Assembly: GCA_963783695.1 (NCBI GenBank) | Contig: CAWAOM010000004.1 | Span: forward strand, 366,271-430,270 | Direction of reading: 5' to 3' | Origin: an uncultured Gammaproteobacteria bacterium | GTDB taxonomy: Bacteria; Pseudomonadota; Gammaproteobacteria; Steroidobacterales; BM003 | DNA length: 64,000 bases | Shown: positions 54,747-64,000 of the stretch, piece after piece | How positions within the stretch are numbered: the first letter of the stretch is position 1 | How the letters are laid out: each line of letters begins with the position of its first letter | Notes under the pieces: model-generated | What the model saw: the letters and a program-made list of their open reading frames with translations, nothing else | Databases searched by the model: none | Told to the model about the DNA's origin: nothing | Made by a program: the position numbers and the translations under genes

Positions 54747-55364
54747 ATGGAGCAACGACTTAAAGAACGCATGATCGGCGCCATTGTCCTGGTAGCGATC
54801 GCAATCCTGCTGGTACCGGCACTGCTTGACGGTCCCGGCCAGGAGACGGTCCGCCAGGAGCTCCAACTCGAGCCGGGGGCCCGGACACGCACGGTCGATA
54901 TCGCGCTGAACGACCAGGTAAGCCAACCGGCCGAGTCTGCGCGATCGGCACGGCCGGCCGCGCAACCTGCTGCGGCGAAAAGGTCGGCAGTATCTCCTCC
55001 CGCCAGCTCCGCCACAATGACGACCTCGCCGTCAAAACAGGCGGTGGCGCCGAAACCGGCACCCGCGAAACCGGCACCCGCGAAAGCCGACAAGGCGGTC
55101 GCCGCGGCCGCCCCCTCCAAACCTGCAGCGGCCGGCAACTGGGCAGCGCAGGTGGGCAGTTTTTCGAAAAAGAGTTCTGCCACACGCATCACCCGGGAGT
55201 TGAAAGCCAGCGGCTTCGACGCCTATGTCTCGGAAATCACCCAGGGTGACCGCACGCTGTATCGGGTCCGCGTCGGACCGGTCATCAGCCGTGCCGAGGC
55301 GCAGGCGCTGGTGACCCGGCTGAGCAGCAGCGGCCACGCGGCCAAAGTCATGCCGCATCCGTGA
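54747..55364 (+). CDS. dedD: SPOR-domain cell-division protein (DedD-like)
   Basis: N-terminal TM IGAIVLVAIAILLVPALL, a Pro/Ala-rich linker, and a C-terminal SPOR-like WAAQVGSFSKKSSA...YRVRVGP. Lies in the folC-dedD-cvpA-purF order. Confidence 0.8.
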   Translation: MEQRLKERMIGAIVLVAIAILLVPALLDGPGQETVRQELQLEPGARTRTVDIALNDQVSQPAESARSARPAAQPAAAKRSAVSPPASSATMTTSPSKQAVAPKPAPAKPAPAKADKAVAAAAPSKPAAAGNWAAQVGSFSKKSSATRITRELKASGFDAYVSEITQGDRTLYRVRVGPVISRAEAQALVTRLSSSGHAAKVMPHP

Positions 55365-55532
55365 CAGGGTAGGCAGTCAGCGACTCCCTGCTCTGTTACA
55401 ATGGCGCCGCCTTTGAAGCCGGCTCAGGGGGAGTCGCGCGCAGGCGGGCTGGCATCGCTCCGGGTTGCCGCCCGATATCGTGATGAGCAACGGTCTGCCG
55501 ATGGCTTCCAACATCCCTTTCCCTGCACGATT

Positions 55533-56054
55533 ATGTCTATGCCAGTAATCGATTACATTTTTCTGGGACTCGTTGCGTTGTCGATATTGCTCGGGTTTAT
55601 GCGCGGCTTTTTCCGCGAGGCGCTGTCGCTTGCGAGTTGGGTGCTGGCGCTGTGGCTCGCTTTGGAATTCGGTCAGATTTTCGTGCCCCTCTTTTCCGAA
55701 GTGTTGCCGTCGCCGGCGCTACAAATCTGGGCGGCAAGACTGATGACTTTTGTCATGGTTCTTGTCGCCGGCGCTATCGTGAACCGCCTGATTGGCATGG
55801 CTGTGCGCAAGACCGGGCTATCGGGGACCGACAGGGTTCTCGGTATGGGCTTTGGCCTCGGCCGCGGAATATTGCTGGTGGGTATGCTGGTGCTCGGTGC
55901 GCAGGTGCTGGAACTTGACCGCGAACCGTGGTGGGAGGAATCCCGAATCGTTCCCTACGGATTGCAGGTTGCCGAACAGATTCGTGACTACGTCGGCGAG
56001 GGCATCGACTATATTGGCGAGGAAATCCAGCTGGGGACCTCAGGCGAAAACTAG
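55533..56054 (+). CDS. cvpA: colicin V production membrane protein CvpA
   Basis: ATG 55533 (MSMPVIDYIFLGLVALSILLGFMRGFFRE). Four hydrophobic helices. Confidence 0.88.
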   Translation: MSMPVIDYIFLGLVALSILLGFMRGFFREALSLASWVLALWLALEFGQIFVPLFSEVLPSPALQIWAARLMTFVMVLVAGAIVNRLIGMAVRKTGLSGTDRVLGMGFGLGRGILLVGMLVLGAQVLELDREPWWEESRIVPYGLQVAEQIRDYVGEGIDYIGEEIQLGTSGEN

Positions 56055-56109
56055 ACCCTGCGATGGGCGCGGGTCTGGCAGCGGCAATCGTTGATGGGCT
56101 GAATAACTT

Positions 56110-57621
56110 ATGTGCGGAATTGTCGGAATAGTTGGCCAGAATTCGGTTAATCAGGCGCTTTACGACGCTTTGACCGTGTTGCAGCATCGCGGCCAGGACG
56201 CCGCGGGCATCGCGACGATGAACGGCAACTTATTGAATCTGCGAAAGAAAAACGGCCTGGTTCGGGACGTATTCCAGCAACGCCACATGCTGAAATTGAA
56301 AGGCAACGCGGGTATCGGGCATGTCCGTTATCCCACTGCCGGTTGCGCCAAATCCGCAGACTCGCAGCCCTTCTATGTCAATTCGCCTTACGGAATCTGT
56401 CTGGCTCACAATGGCAATCTGACCAACTGTGACGAGCTGACCCGGCTTCTGTTGCTGGAAGACCGCAGACATCTGAATACCACCTCTGATTCCGAGGTAT
56501 TGCTAAACGTTTTTGCCCATGAGCTGGCGGCAGTTGCCGACGACCGGTTGCTGCCCGACCATGTTTTCGCGGCGGTCAGCGCAGTGCATAAACGGGTGCG
56601 CGGAGGGTATGCGGTCATCGCGATGGTGATTGGGCATGGTCTTGTCGCATTTCGCGATCCGCATGGCATCCGCCCGATGGTTCTCGGGCGGCGAGAGACG
56701 GCCGGCGGTCCGGAACACATTATTGCCTCTGAAAGCGTTGCGCTCGACGTCCTCGGATTCGAGCTGATTCGCGATGTCGAGCCGGGCGAGGCAATTTATA
56801 TCGACCTGGCAGGCCAGGTTCACTGCAAGAGTTGCGCGACATCTCTTGGCAACACGCCGTGCATGTTTGAGTACGTCTATTTTGCCCGGCCCGATTCGAT
56901 CATCGACAACATATCGGTATACAAGGCCCGGCTGCGCATGGGGGAGAAACTTGCCGAGCGCATCGTGCGGGAATGGCCGGACCACGATATTGACGTGGTA
57001 ATTCCGGTACCCGATACCAGTCGCACCAGTGCGTTGCAGTTATCCAACGTGATGAAGCTCAAGTTTCGCGAGGGTTTTATCAAGAACCGTTATATCGGGC
57101 GTACCTTTATCATGCCCGGTCAGGAAATGCGCAAGAAATCGGTGCGCCGCAAACTCAACGCCATCGAACTCGAGTTTCGTAACAAGAACGTGTTGCTTAT
57201 CGACGATTCAATCGTCCGTGGCACCACGTCGAAACAGATCATTGAGATGGCGAGGGAAGCGGGCGCGCGCAACGTGTACTTCGCTTCCGCGGCGCCGCCA
57301 GTGCGATATCCGAACGTCTACGGTATCGATATGCCGGCGGCGAGCGAGCTCGTCGCGCACGGCCGCAGCGAACAGGAAGTATGCGATATCATCGGCGCGG
57401 ACCGGCTTTTCTACCAGACTCTCGAAGACCTGGTGCAGGCGGTCAAGCACGATCATGCGGCGATACGCGAATTCGATAATTCCTGTTTTTCCGGCGAGTA
57501 CGTTACTCGTGACATTACCCCCGAATACCTGGCGCGTCTGGAACGCGCGCGCTCTGACAAGGCGAAAACCGCGCGCGAGGCGGCACGGCCCGACAAGCCC
57601 AGGGCACTCGGCGTCATCTGA
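56110..57621 (+). CDS. purF: amidophosphoribosyltransferase
   Basis: N-terminal nucleophile [13 protein letters not shown] motif [13 protein letters not shown]. Confidence 0.97.
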   Translation: MCGIVGIVGQNSVNQALYDALTVLQHRGQDAAGIATMNGNLLNLRKKNGLVRDVFQQRHMLKLKGNAGIGHVRYPTAGCAKSADSQPFYVNSPYGICLAHNGNLTNCDELTRLLLLEDRRHLNTTSDSEVLLNVFAHELAAVADDRLLPDHVFAAVSAVHKRVRGGYAVIAMVIGHGLVAFRDPHGIRPMVLGRRETAGGPEHIIASESVALDVLGFELIRDVEPGEAIYIDLAGQVHCKSCATSLGNTPCMFEYVYFARPDSIIDNISVYKARLRMGEKLAERIVREWPDHDIDVVIPVPDTSRTSALQLSNVMKLKFREGFIKNRYIGRTFIMPGQEMRKKSVRRKLNAIELEFRNKNVLLIDDSIVRGTTSKQIIEMAREAGARNVYFASAAPPVRYPNVYGIDMPAASELVAHGRSEQEVCDIIGADRLFYQTLEDLVQAVKHDHAAIREFDNSCFSGEYVTRDITPEYLARLERARSDKAKTAREAARPDKPRALGVI

Positions 57622-57629
57622 TCACAGTA

Positions 57630-58865
57630 GTGTCCGGTCCGAATCCATCGGAACGCAGGCAAACCCTCGAGGAACTGTTTCGATCCGCGCTCGCGGCGGC
57701 GCATGGCCGTGTCTGCGTCCGCCACGCGCTGGTGGCTGATGGCGGCAGTGCGAAATGGTCCGCAGTAGCGGTCGGCAAGGCTGCCGAAGCGATGATGGAC
57801 GGTGCCTGCGACGTGTTGGGTGGGCGGCTGGGGCGTGCGCTGGTCGTGCGCAAGAAAGGTCTGGCAAGCGCGATGGTAGCAGCGGCCACACAAATAGAAA
57901 CGCTGGATGCGGCTCACCCTGTACCCGACGCAAGCAGCCTCGAGGCCGGGCGCCGGGTGTGCGATTTCCTCAGCGAAACAACCCACGACAATGTTCTGAT
58001 CCTGATTTCCGGCGGCGCATCCAGCCTTATCGAGCGGTTGCCGGCACATGTGTCGCTGCCGCAGTGGCAACGCCTCAACCAATGGTTGTTGCAGTCCGGG
58101 CTGGAAATCCAGGCGGTTAACGCGATTCGCCGCGCTGTCTCTCGCCTCAAGGGGGGCGGGTTGCTCAATTACCTGGGCGGCAAAAAAGTTTGCGCGTTGT
58201 TGTTGTCGGATGTGCCGGGCGACGATCCGGCGGTGATCGGATCGGGTTTGCTGTCACGCGGTGACTGTGCCGCGCCGCTGCAGATGCTGCCGGCATGGGC
58301 GCGCGGGCTGGTCGAAGCTGGCGGCGCCCGGCCCGATGTGTCTCAGAGTCCCACCGCGCTGACGTTACGGGTGATTGCCAGCAACGCCACCGCCACCGCG
58401 GCGGCTCTGGCGCGCGCGAGGCAACTCGGAATAGACGCGCGCCCCGGGCACGACCCGCTCGGCGGCGAGGCGGAGTCCACCGCCCTGAAAATAGTGAACG
58501 AATTACGTGCCGAAGCGCCCGGAGTAACGGTCTGGGGCGGTGAAACCACGGTCACGCTGGCAGACGGCGCCGGCCGGGGCGGGCGCAATTTGCATCTTGC
58601 GCTGACGGCGGCCATCGCGCTGGAGGGCAGCCATGGGCTCAGCTTGCTGGTCGCCTCGAGCGACGGCGATGACGGCAGCTCCGGCTGCGCAGGTGCGATC
58701 GTGGATGGCGAGACCGTAAATCGCGGTCGCGCCAAGGGGCTCGATCCGGCGCGTTGTCTTGCGGTATTCGATTCGGCACGTTTTCTCGAGGCGGCGGGGG
58801 TTACACTGGTAACCGGGCCCACCGGGACCAATGTCGCCGATCTGGCGATCGCCGTGCGCGCCTGA
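57630..58865 (+). CDS. MOFRL-family glycerate 2-kinase / hydroxypyruvate reductase-like protein
   Basis: LISGGASSL and VWGGETTVTL motifs, as in the DUF4147 plus MOFRL architecture. GTG start. Confidence 0.75.
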   Translation: MSGPNPSERRQTLEELFRSALAAAHGRVCVRHALVADGGSAKWSAVAVGKAAEAMMDGACDVLGGRLGRALVVRKKGLASAMVAAATQIETLDAAHPVPDASSLEAGRRVCDFLSETTHDNVLILISGGASSLIERLPAHVSLPQWQRLNQWLLQSGLEIQAVNAIRRAVSRLKGGGLLNYLGGKKVCALLLSDVPGDDPAVIGSGLLSRGDCAAPLQMLPAWARGLVEAGGARPDVSQSPTALTLRVIASNATATAAALARARQLGIDARPGHDPLGGEAESTALKIVNELRAEAPGVTVWGGETTVTLADGAGRGGRNLHLALTAAIALEGSHGLSLLVASSDGDDGSSGCAGAIVDGETVNRGRAKGLDPARCLAVFDSARFLEAAGVTLVTGPTGTNVADLAIAVRA

Positions 58866-58912
58866 ACGCTGCGCCTTGCTACAATTCGGCAAATTTATGG
58901 AAGCGGGCCGCT

Positions 58913-60181
58913 ATGCCTCTGCGCGTTCTCGTCATCGATTCGAACACCGAATACCGGCGCCTGTTCGGACACCATATCGGCACCGAGTGGCACGACGCCC
59001 TGATAGTCGAGCACGACCCCGTGAACCAGGGCGATTTGCCGCGCGAGTTTACTGCGGCCGGTTTTGACGTCGTGATACTCGACAGCCAGGCAGGCAGCGA
59101 TGGCGGACTCGAGTGGCTGCGCGATTTCAAACGACGACCAGGATTCCCGCCGGTGATTTTCGTTGCGTCCGGCGGTGACGAGATGCTCGCCGCCCATGCC
59201 ATAAAAAGCGGTGCCGCCGAGTATTTTCCGAAACACCGGATCCGCCACCAGGCTTTTGTCCAGGCAGTGCGCGAAGCCGCGCGGGAACGCAAACAGCAGC
59301 TCGCCAGGCAAGTTCGTACGGGGGCACGCGACAAGGCCAGCCAGTTCGGCGCCGTCAAGATCCGCGGCATGCGCTGCGTGCGCCAGCTCGCGGTTGGTGG
59401 CGTGTCGTCGGTATTTCTCGCCGAGAGTGAAAAACTGGGCCAGCTGGTCGTACTGAAAGTGCTGCGCCAGGTGCCCGACGTGGCGGAGGGCAAGAACACC
59501 TTTGACCGGTTTATTCGCGAATACGAACTGATTGCACGCATTGATCATCCCAATGTAGTGAGGATATTCGATCTCGGTGTGGCTGACGATCATGCCTACA
59601 TTGCGATGGAATACTTCCCCGACGGCGATCTGAAGTCGCGGCTGCGTGGCCCCATGCGGCGGGAGACGGCACTGGCATACCTGGCGCAGATCGCCGAAGC
59701 ACTGGCGGCGATACATGGAGTAGGAGTGCTGCACCGGGATCTGAAGCCGGGCAATGTGATGTTGCGAGAGGATGGCAGCGTCGCGCTAATCGATTTCGGC
59801 CTGGCGCGCGAGTTGCGGATGGAAGCGGAGATCACCGAGACCGGAGAGATTTTTGGCACGCCGTATTACATGAGTCCCGAGCAGGGTCACGCGGACCACC
59901 TCGACGAGCGCGCGGATATTTACAGTCTCGGCGTGATCTTCTATGAAATGCTCACCGGCGGAAAACCCTATATGGGTTCGACGCCGATGGCAGTGATCTA
60001 TTCGCACAGTCATGCGCCATTGCCGCAGCTGAATCCCGCTCTTGCCTCGCTGCAGCCATTGCTGGATCGGATGATGGCCAAGGAACCCGGCGATCGTTTT
60101 CAGAGTGCCGAGGAGGTGCTCGACGTGCTGGCGCTGTTGCTGCCGGAGCTGCCGGCGCAAGCGGCGAGGGGTGTGACGTGA
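58913..60181 (+). CDS. response-regulator receiver domain fused to a Hanks-type Ser/Thr kinase
   Basis: ATG 58913 (MPLRVLVIDS). Receiver landmarks are present: acceptor Asp in FDVVILDS, VIFVASGG, EYFPK. Kinase motifs VLK, HRDLKPGNVML, DFGLAR and GTPYYMSPEQ. Confidence 0.85.
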   Translation: MPLRVLVIDSNTEYRRLFGHHIGTEWHDALIVEHDPVNQGDLPREFTAAGFDVVILDSQAGSDGGLEWLRDFKRRPGFPPVIFVASGGDEMLAAHAIKSGAAEYFPKHRIRHQAFVQAVREAARERKQQLARQVRTGARDKASQFGAVKIRGMRCVRQLAVGGVSSVFLAESEKLGQLVVLKVLRQVPDVAEGKNTFDRFIREYELIARIDHPNVVRIFDLGVADDHAYIAMEYFPDGDLKSRLRGPMRRETALAYLAQIAEALAAIHGVGVLHRDLKPGNVMLREDGSVALIDFGLARELRMEAEITETGEIFGTPYYMSPEQGHADHLDERADIYSLGVIFYEMLTGGKPYMGSTPMAVIYSHSHAPLPQLNPALASLQPLLDRMMAKEPGDRFQSAEEVLDVLALLLPELPAQAARGVT

Positions 60182-60825
60182 ATCGTGCGAAGCATGTAAC
60201 CGATGCTGTGCCGGAAGAGATTAACCGGTTTTTGCGCTGCACTACCCCGGCGGCCTGGTTTGAGGCGGCCCGCGAGGATCAGCCGACATTGTTGCTGGAT
60301 CACGCCAACTGCGAAAAAAAGGCAGCGTCGACCGCGCTTGGCATGATGTTTCGCTACGATCTCGAGCCGCAACTGGCGACGCAGATGTCACGCCTGGCGC
60401 GTGAGGAGTTGCGTCATTTCGAGATGGTGGAACAGATACTCGATCAGCGCGGGATTGCACGTCGACGGTTGTCGCCCTCGCGCTATGCGGGCGGCTTGCA
60501 CGAAGTTGTCCGTGCTCAGGAGCCGCAGCGACTGGTCGACCGCCTTATCGTGGGAGCCTTTATCGAAGCGCGTTCGTGCGAGAGATTTGCGCGGATTGCA
60601 CCGTTGCTCGATCCGGAACTCGGGGCGTTCTACACCGGCCTTCTGAATTCGGAATCACGCCACTTTTCGCTGTACCTGGAGTTTGCGCGGCAGTTCTGTC
60701 AGCGTGGAGATGATATCGATCTGCGCATCGGGATTATCGGCCAACGTGAGGCAGAACTGGTCATGAGCCCCGATCCGCAACTACGGTTTCACAGCGGGTC
60801 CCCTATAGCGTCAAACAGCGTGTAG
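60178..60825 (+). CDS. miaE: tRNA-(ms2io6A)-hydroxylase MiaE (diiron)
   Basis: LLDHANCEKKAAS, EELRHFEMV, ARSCERF and SESRHFSLY. GTG 60178 overlaps the kinase TGA stop (GTGA). Confidence 0.85.
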   Translation: MNRAKHVTDAVPEEINRFLRCTTPAAWFEAAREDQPTLLLDHANCEKKAASTALGMMFRYDLEPQLATQMSRLAREELRHFEMVEQILDQRGIARRRLSPSRYAGGLHEVVRAQEPQRLVDRLIVGAFIEARSCERFARIAPLLDPELGAFYTGLLNSESRHFSLYLEFARQFCQRGDDIDLRIGIIGQREAELVMSPDPQLRFHSGSPIASNSV

Positions 60826-61520
60826 CCGAGGGAATCCCAGCGCAGCGCCATCGCGGTTTTGCCCCAGTCGCCAAGAACCACTCTCGTATGGCGATCCCCG
60901 GCGACTTCGAATCGGTGGATGGCGGGCCTGTGAGTATGACCGTGGATCATGAACTGCACCCCGGCGTTTCGCATTTCGATCTCGATTGCGCGTTGACTGG
61001 CATCAAGAATATGCGCTTCCTTACCGGCCTGGCTGGCGCGGCTTGCATCTCGTGCCTGCTTGGCGAAAGCACGCCGGGCGGCCAGGTCCTGCGCCAGAAA
61101 ATGGCGTTGCCACGACTCGCTGCGGACCTCTTCGCGAAACGCGAGATAGTCGACGTCATCGGTGCAAAGACGGTCGCCATGCGTAATCAGTACATTGCGG
61201 CCGTAGAGGTCTATCACATACGGATCGGGTAGCAGCTCCACCCCGGCGCGGCGGCAGAAGTCGGTGCCCAGCAGAAAGTCGCGGTTGCCATGCTGCAGGC
61301 CAATCGCCGTACCGGCAGTGCGGACTGCCTGCAATGCTTGGGCCACCGCCGCCCCGGGCTCGCCTGTATCGTCGTCGCCAATCCACGCCTCGAACAGGTC
61401 GCCAAGGATGTACAGCCGGTCTACGGAACCGGCAGTTGTAGCCAGCAGTCGCAGGAATGCGTCGAGTACGGATGACCTGGTGTCATCGAGGTGGAGGTCG
61501 GAAATAAACAGCGCCGTCAT
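60789..61520 (-). CDS. lpxH: UDP-2,3-diacylglucosamine diphosphatase
   Basis: FISDLHLD, ILGDLFEAWIGDD, HGNRDF and GHTH metallophosphatase motifs. Confidence 0.94.
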   Translation of the reverse strand: MTALFISDLHLDDTRSSVLDAFLRLLATTAGSVDRLYILGDLFEAWIGDDDTGEPGAAVAQALQAVRTAGTAIGLQHGNRDFLLGTDFCRRAGVELLPDPYVIDLYGRNVLITHGDRLCTDDVDYLAFREEVRSESWQRHFLAQDLAARRAFAKQARDASRASQAGKEAHILDASQRAIEIEMRNAGVQFMIHGHTHRPAIHRFEVAGDRHTRVVLGDWGKTAMALRWDSLGYTLFDAIGDPL

Positions 61521-61535
61521 CGCGGTATGGCTTGA

Positions 61536-62138
61536 TCAGGGCTGCCCGACCCGCAGCGGGTTCAGAAACGTGGCCGACTGGATGAGAATATTCTTCTCCG
61601 GGACGTTCTCGCTCAGATCGTCGCTGGTCATCGAGGGTCCCGTCGGGACGTGCGCGATGCGGTCGACGACATCCAGGCCTTCGACAATCGTGCCGAACAC
61701 CGTATAGCCCCAGCGGGTCGGTAGCGGGTCGAGGTCCTCGTTGTCGGCGAGGTTGAAATAGAATTGCGTCGTGGCGGAGTGCGGCTTGCTGGTTCGCGCC
61801 ATGCCGACCGTGCCGCGCAAATTGGACAGGCCGTTCCCGGCCTCGTTCGGGACCGGGTCGCGGGTCGGATCCCGTAGCATATGATCCGGGGTGTATCCGC
61901 CGCCCTGGGCGACGAAATTGTTGATCACGCGGTGGAAGATCAAGCCCTCGTAAAATCCATCCTGGACGTAGCGGATAAAATTTGCGCTGGTCAGCGGCGC
62001 GCGCTGGGCGTCGAGTTCAATGACAATGCTGCCTTCGCTCGTATCGATTCTCACTCGCGGCCGGTCCGGCAAAATCATCTCCTGCGCCATTGCCGGCAGC
62101 GCCAGGCTCAGGCATATCGTCAAAAGCAGTCCACGCAT
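61536..62138 (-). CDS. ppiA: periplasmic cyclophilin-type peptidyl-prolyl cis-trans isomerase
   Basis: ATG 62138 (MRGLLLTICLSLALPAMAQ signal peptide). FHRVINNFVAQGGG and GYTVFGTIVEG. Confidence 0.9.
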   Translation of the reverse strand: MRGLLLTICLSLALPAMAQEMILPDRPRVRIDTSEGSIVIELDAQRAPLTSANFIRYVQDGFYEGLIFHRVINNFVAQGGGYTPDHMLRDPTRDPVPNEAGNGLSNLRGTVGMARTSKPHSATTQFYFNLADNEDLDPLPTRWGYTVFGTIVEGLDVVDRIAHVPTGPSMTSDDLSENVPEKNILIQSATFLNPLRVGQP

Positions 62139-62264
62139 CGTTCCACCTCGTTGCAATAGTTCCGGTCAGCCCTGAGCAAATCGCGGGCGAGGGAGGATTA
62201 TTGCAGAAAAACTGCGCGCGGCGTGTCTGGGCTGCGTGGGGGCTTTCCGCTACCATTGCGCGCC

Positions 62265-63680
62265 ATGAACCCAACTGCTACCCGATTCGCACCGAGTCCG
62301 ACCGGTCACCTCCACCTTGGCAATGTCAGGACCGCCTTTTTCAACTGGTTGCTGGCGCGCCAGAGCGGCGGCCGCTTTGTGTTGCGCAGCGAGGATACTG
62401 ACGTCGAGCGCAGCCGCGACGAATATCTCACTAGTCTGATGGAGGATCTTGCCTGGCTCGGCCTCGACTGGGACGAAGGTCCGGATCGCGGCGGCGATTA
62501 TGCGCCATACCGGCAGATGCAGCGCGCTGACCTCTACGCCGGCTATTTCGACCAGCTTGCCGCAGATCGCCATGCCTATGCTTGTTTCTGCTCGCCACAG
62601 CAGCTTGCCTTGTCGCGCAAGGTCCAGCTTTCGGCCGGGCGCCCGCCGCGCTACGCCGGGACCTGTCGCGACCTCGCCGAGTCCACAGTCGCTTCGCGTC
62701 TTGCATCCGGTGAGACGGCGACGCTGAGGTTTCGGGTCGAGAGCGGTCAGGTGGTGCGGTTTGATGACGTCGTCCGCGGGCCGCAGCAGTTTGCCAGCGA
62801 CGATATTGGGGATTTCGTTATCCGCCGTGCGGACGGTAGCGCGGCGTTTTTCTTTACCAACGCCGTGGATGATTCTCTGATGGAGATCTCCGACGTCTTG
62901 CGTGGCGAGGACCACATCACGAACACACCGCGCCAGATCATGTTGCTCGAGAGTCTCGGGCTGGCTGTGCCGCGCTATGGTCATTTGTCGCTGCTGGTGG
63001 GCGAGGATGGATCGCCGTTGTCGAAAAGACATGGAGCCAGCAGTCTGCGCGAGCTTCGCGAGCAGGGGTTTCTTGCGGCGGCCGTTCTCAACCATTTGCT
63101 CCGGCTCGGCCATGCCCTGGTCGAGGAGCGCTGGTACGAGCCGTCTGAGATGCCCCGGGCGTTCGAGACGGCTCGTCTCGGCCGCGCCCCTGCGCGGTTC
63201 GACCTGGACCAGCTCGAACACTGGCAGCGCGAGGCCATTCATCATGCCGGCGCGGAAACACTTGCGATCTGGGGCGGACTTGAGAGTCTGCATACAGTTC
63301 CGGCCGACGCGCGCGGCCGGTTTCTCGAGGCAGTGCGGCCGAATCTCTCCCGTCCGGGCGATATGGCGGACTGGGCCGAGCGAATTTTCGGCCTGTTGCC
63401 GACGCCGGAAGAAGAGGCGAGCAGCGCCATCGTCGCCGCCGGCGCCGATTTCTTTGCGGCGGCGGCGGCGGCCTTCGCGGAGGGAGCCCATACCCTAAAG
63501 AAACTCGCCGGCGCGGTGACCGAACTTACCGGTGCGCGCGGCAAATCCCTTTACCTGCCGTTGCGCGCCGCGCTGACCGGCCGGTTGAGCGGTCCGGAGC
63601 TTGGCCCGTTACTCGAACTGATGCCCGCATCCACGATCGAGCGGCGGTTGCAGCGGCATGCGGGTCCGGGAGGCGAATAG
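62265..63680 (+). CDS. gltX: glutamate--tRNA ligase
   Basis: ATG 62265 ([24 protein letters not shown] motif). SPLSKRHG (KMSKS-type). Full-length with a C-terminal anticodon-binding region. Confidence 0.92.
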   Translation: MNPTATRFAPSPTGHLHLGNVRTAFFNWLLARQSGGRFVLRSEDTDVERSRDEYLTSLMEDLAWLGLDWDEGPDRGGDYAPYRQMQRADLYAGYFDQLAADRHAYACFCSPQQLALSRKVQLSAGRPPRYAGTCRDLAESTVASRLASGETATLRFRVESGQVVRFDDVVRGPQQFASDDIGDFVIRRADGSAAFFFTNAVDDSLMEISDVLRGEDHITNTPRQIMLLESLGLAVPRYGHLSLLVGEDGSPLSKRHGASSLRELREQGFLAAAVLNHLLRLGHALVEERWYEPSEMPRAFETARLGRAPARFDLDQLEHWQREAIHHAGAETLAIWGGLESLHTVPADARGRFLEAVRPNLSRPGDMADWAERIFGLLPTPEEEASSAIVAAGADFFAAAAAAFAEGAHTLKKLAGAVTELTGARGKSLYLPLRAALTGRLSGPELGPLLELMPASTIERRLQRHAGPGGE

Positions 63681-63682
63681 CA

Positions 63683-64000
63683 ATGCTTTGCATCTACAAC
63701 AGCATGAGCGGACGCAAGGAGAATTTCGCGCCGATTACCCCGGGCAAGGTGCGGATGTATGTTTGCGGCATAACCGTTTACGACTATCTGCACCTTGGTC
63801 ATGCGCGGATGATGATCGTCTTCGACATGGTGGTGCGCTATATGCGCAGTGTTGGCCTCGAAGTTGAGTATGTGCGCAACATCACCGATATTGACGACAA
63901 GATTATCGAACGAGCCAACCAGCAGGGCCTCGAAATCGGCCAGCTGACCGCCAGGTTTATCAAGGAAATGCACCGCGATGCCGATGCGCTTGGCGTTCTG
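63683..64000 (+). CDS. cysS: cysteine--tRNA ligase, N-terminal 106 codons (3'-truncated by the window edge)
   Basis: ATG 63683 is open to the end of the window. [15 protein letters not shown]...[18 protein letters not shown]...[10 protein letters not shown]. This ORF is absent from the ORF track because no stop codon falls inside the window. Confidence 0.9.
   Translation, partial: MLCIYNSMSGRKENFAPITPGKVRMYVCGITVYDYLHLGHARMMIVFDMVVRYMRSVGLEVEYVRNITDIDDKIIERANQQGLEIGQLTARFIKEMHRDADALGVL

Overview
High-GC chromosomal segment whose gene content and order look like a free-living gammaproteobacterium. Conserved blocks include ettA / glyA-nrdR-ribD-ribE-ribBA-ribH-nusB-thiL-pgpA, xseB-ispA-dxs, parE-parC, epmB / efp-epmA, asd-fimV-truA-accD-folC-dedD-cvpA-purF, and lpxH-ppiA / gltX-cysS. 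About 57 densely packed protein-coding genes are supported. I found no rRNA or tRNA genes, CRISPR arrays, transposases, integrases or prophage genes, and most of the window is housekeeping. Five regions are not housekeeping. (i) At the left edge, a window-truncated membrane Ser/Thr kinase is followed by an FGE-sulfatase-fold protein, a small membrane protein and an orphan TpsB (ShlB/FhaC) outer-membrane transporter, with no TpsA cargo gene visible. (ii) A visibly AT-richer single gene (zinc ribbon plus DUF4145-like domain) sits between purL and hutH. (iii) At the window centre is a three-gene operon: rubredoxin-less erythrin, an HdrD/GlpC-like CCG iron-sulfur protein and DUF3501. It is preceded by a near-consensus sigma70 promoter and a perfect 6-3-6 palindrome. 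(iv) Two more Hanks-type kinases carry unusual sensor fusions: one has a C-terminal cNMP-binding domain, the other an N-terminal receiver and is start/stop-coupled to miaE. (v) A FimX-like REC-PAS-GGDEF-EAL protein has degenerate catalytic motifs. The best candidates for an undescribed system are the erythrin/HdrD-like/DUF3501 operon and the kinase-FGE-TpsB cluster, but novelty cannot be shown from sequence alone. All family assignments come from motif recognition by eye on the supplied translations, not from database searches. Several start codons were moved inward from the ORF track where the N-terminal extension overlapped a neighbouring gene or lacked homology-like sequence.
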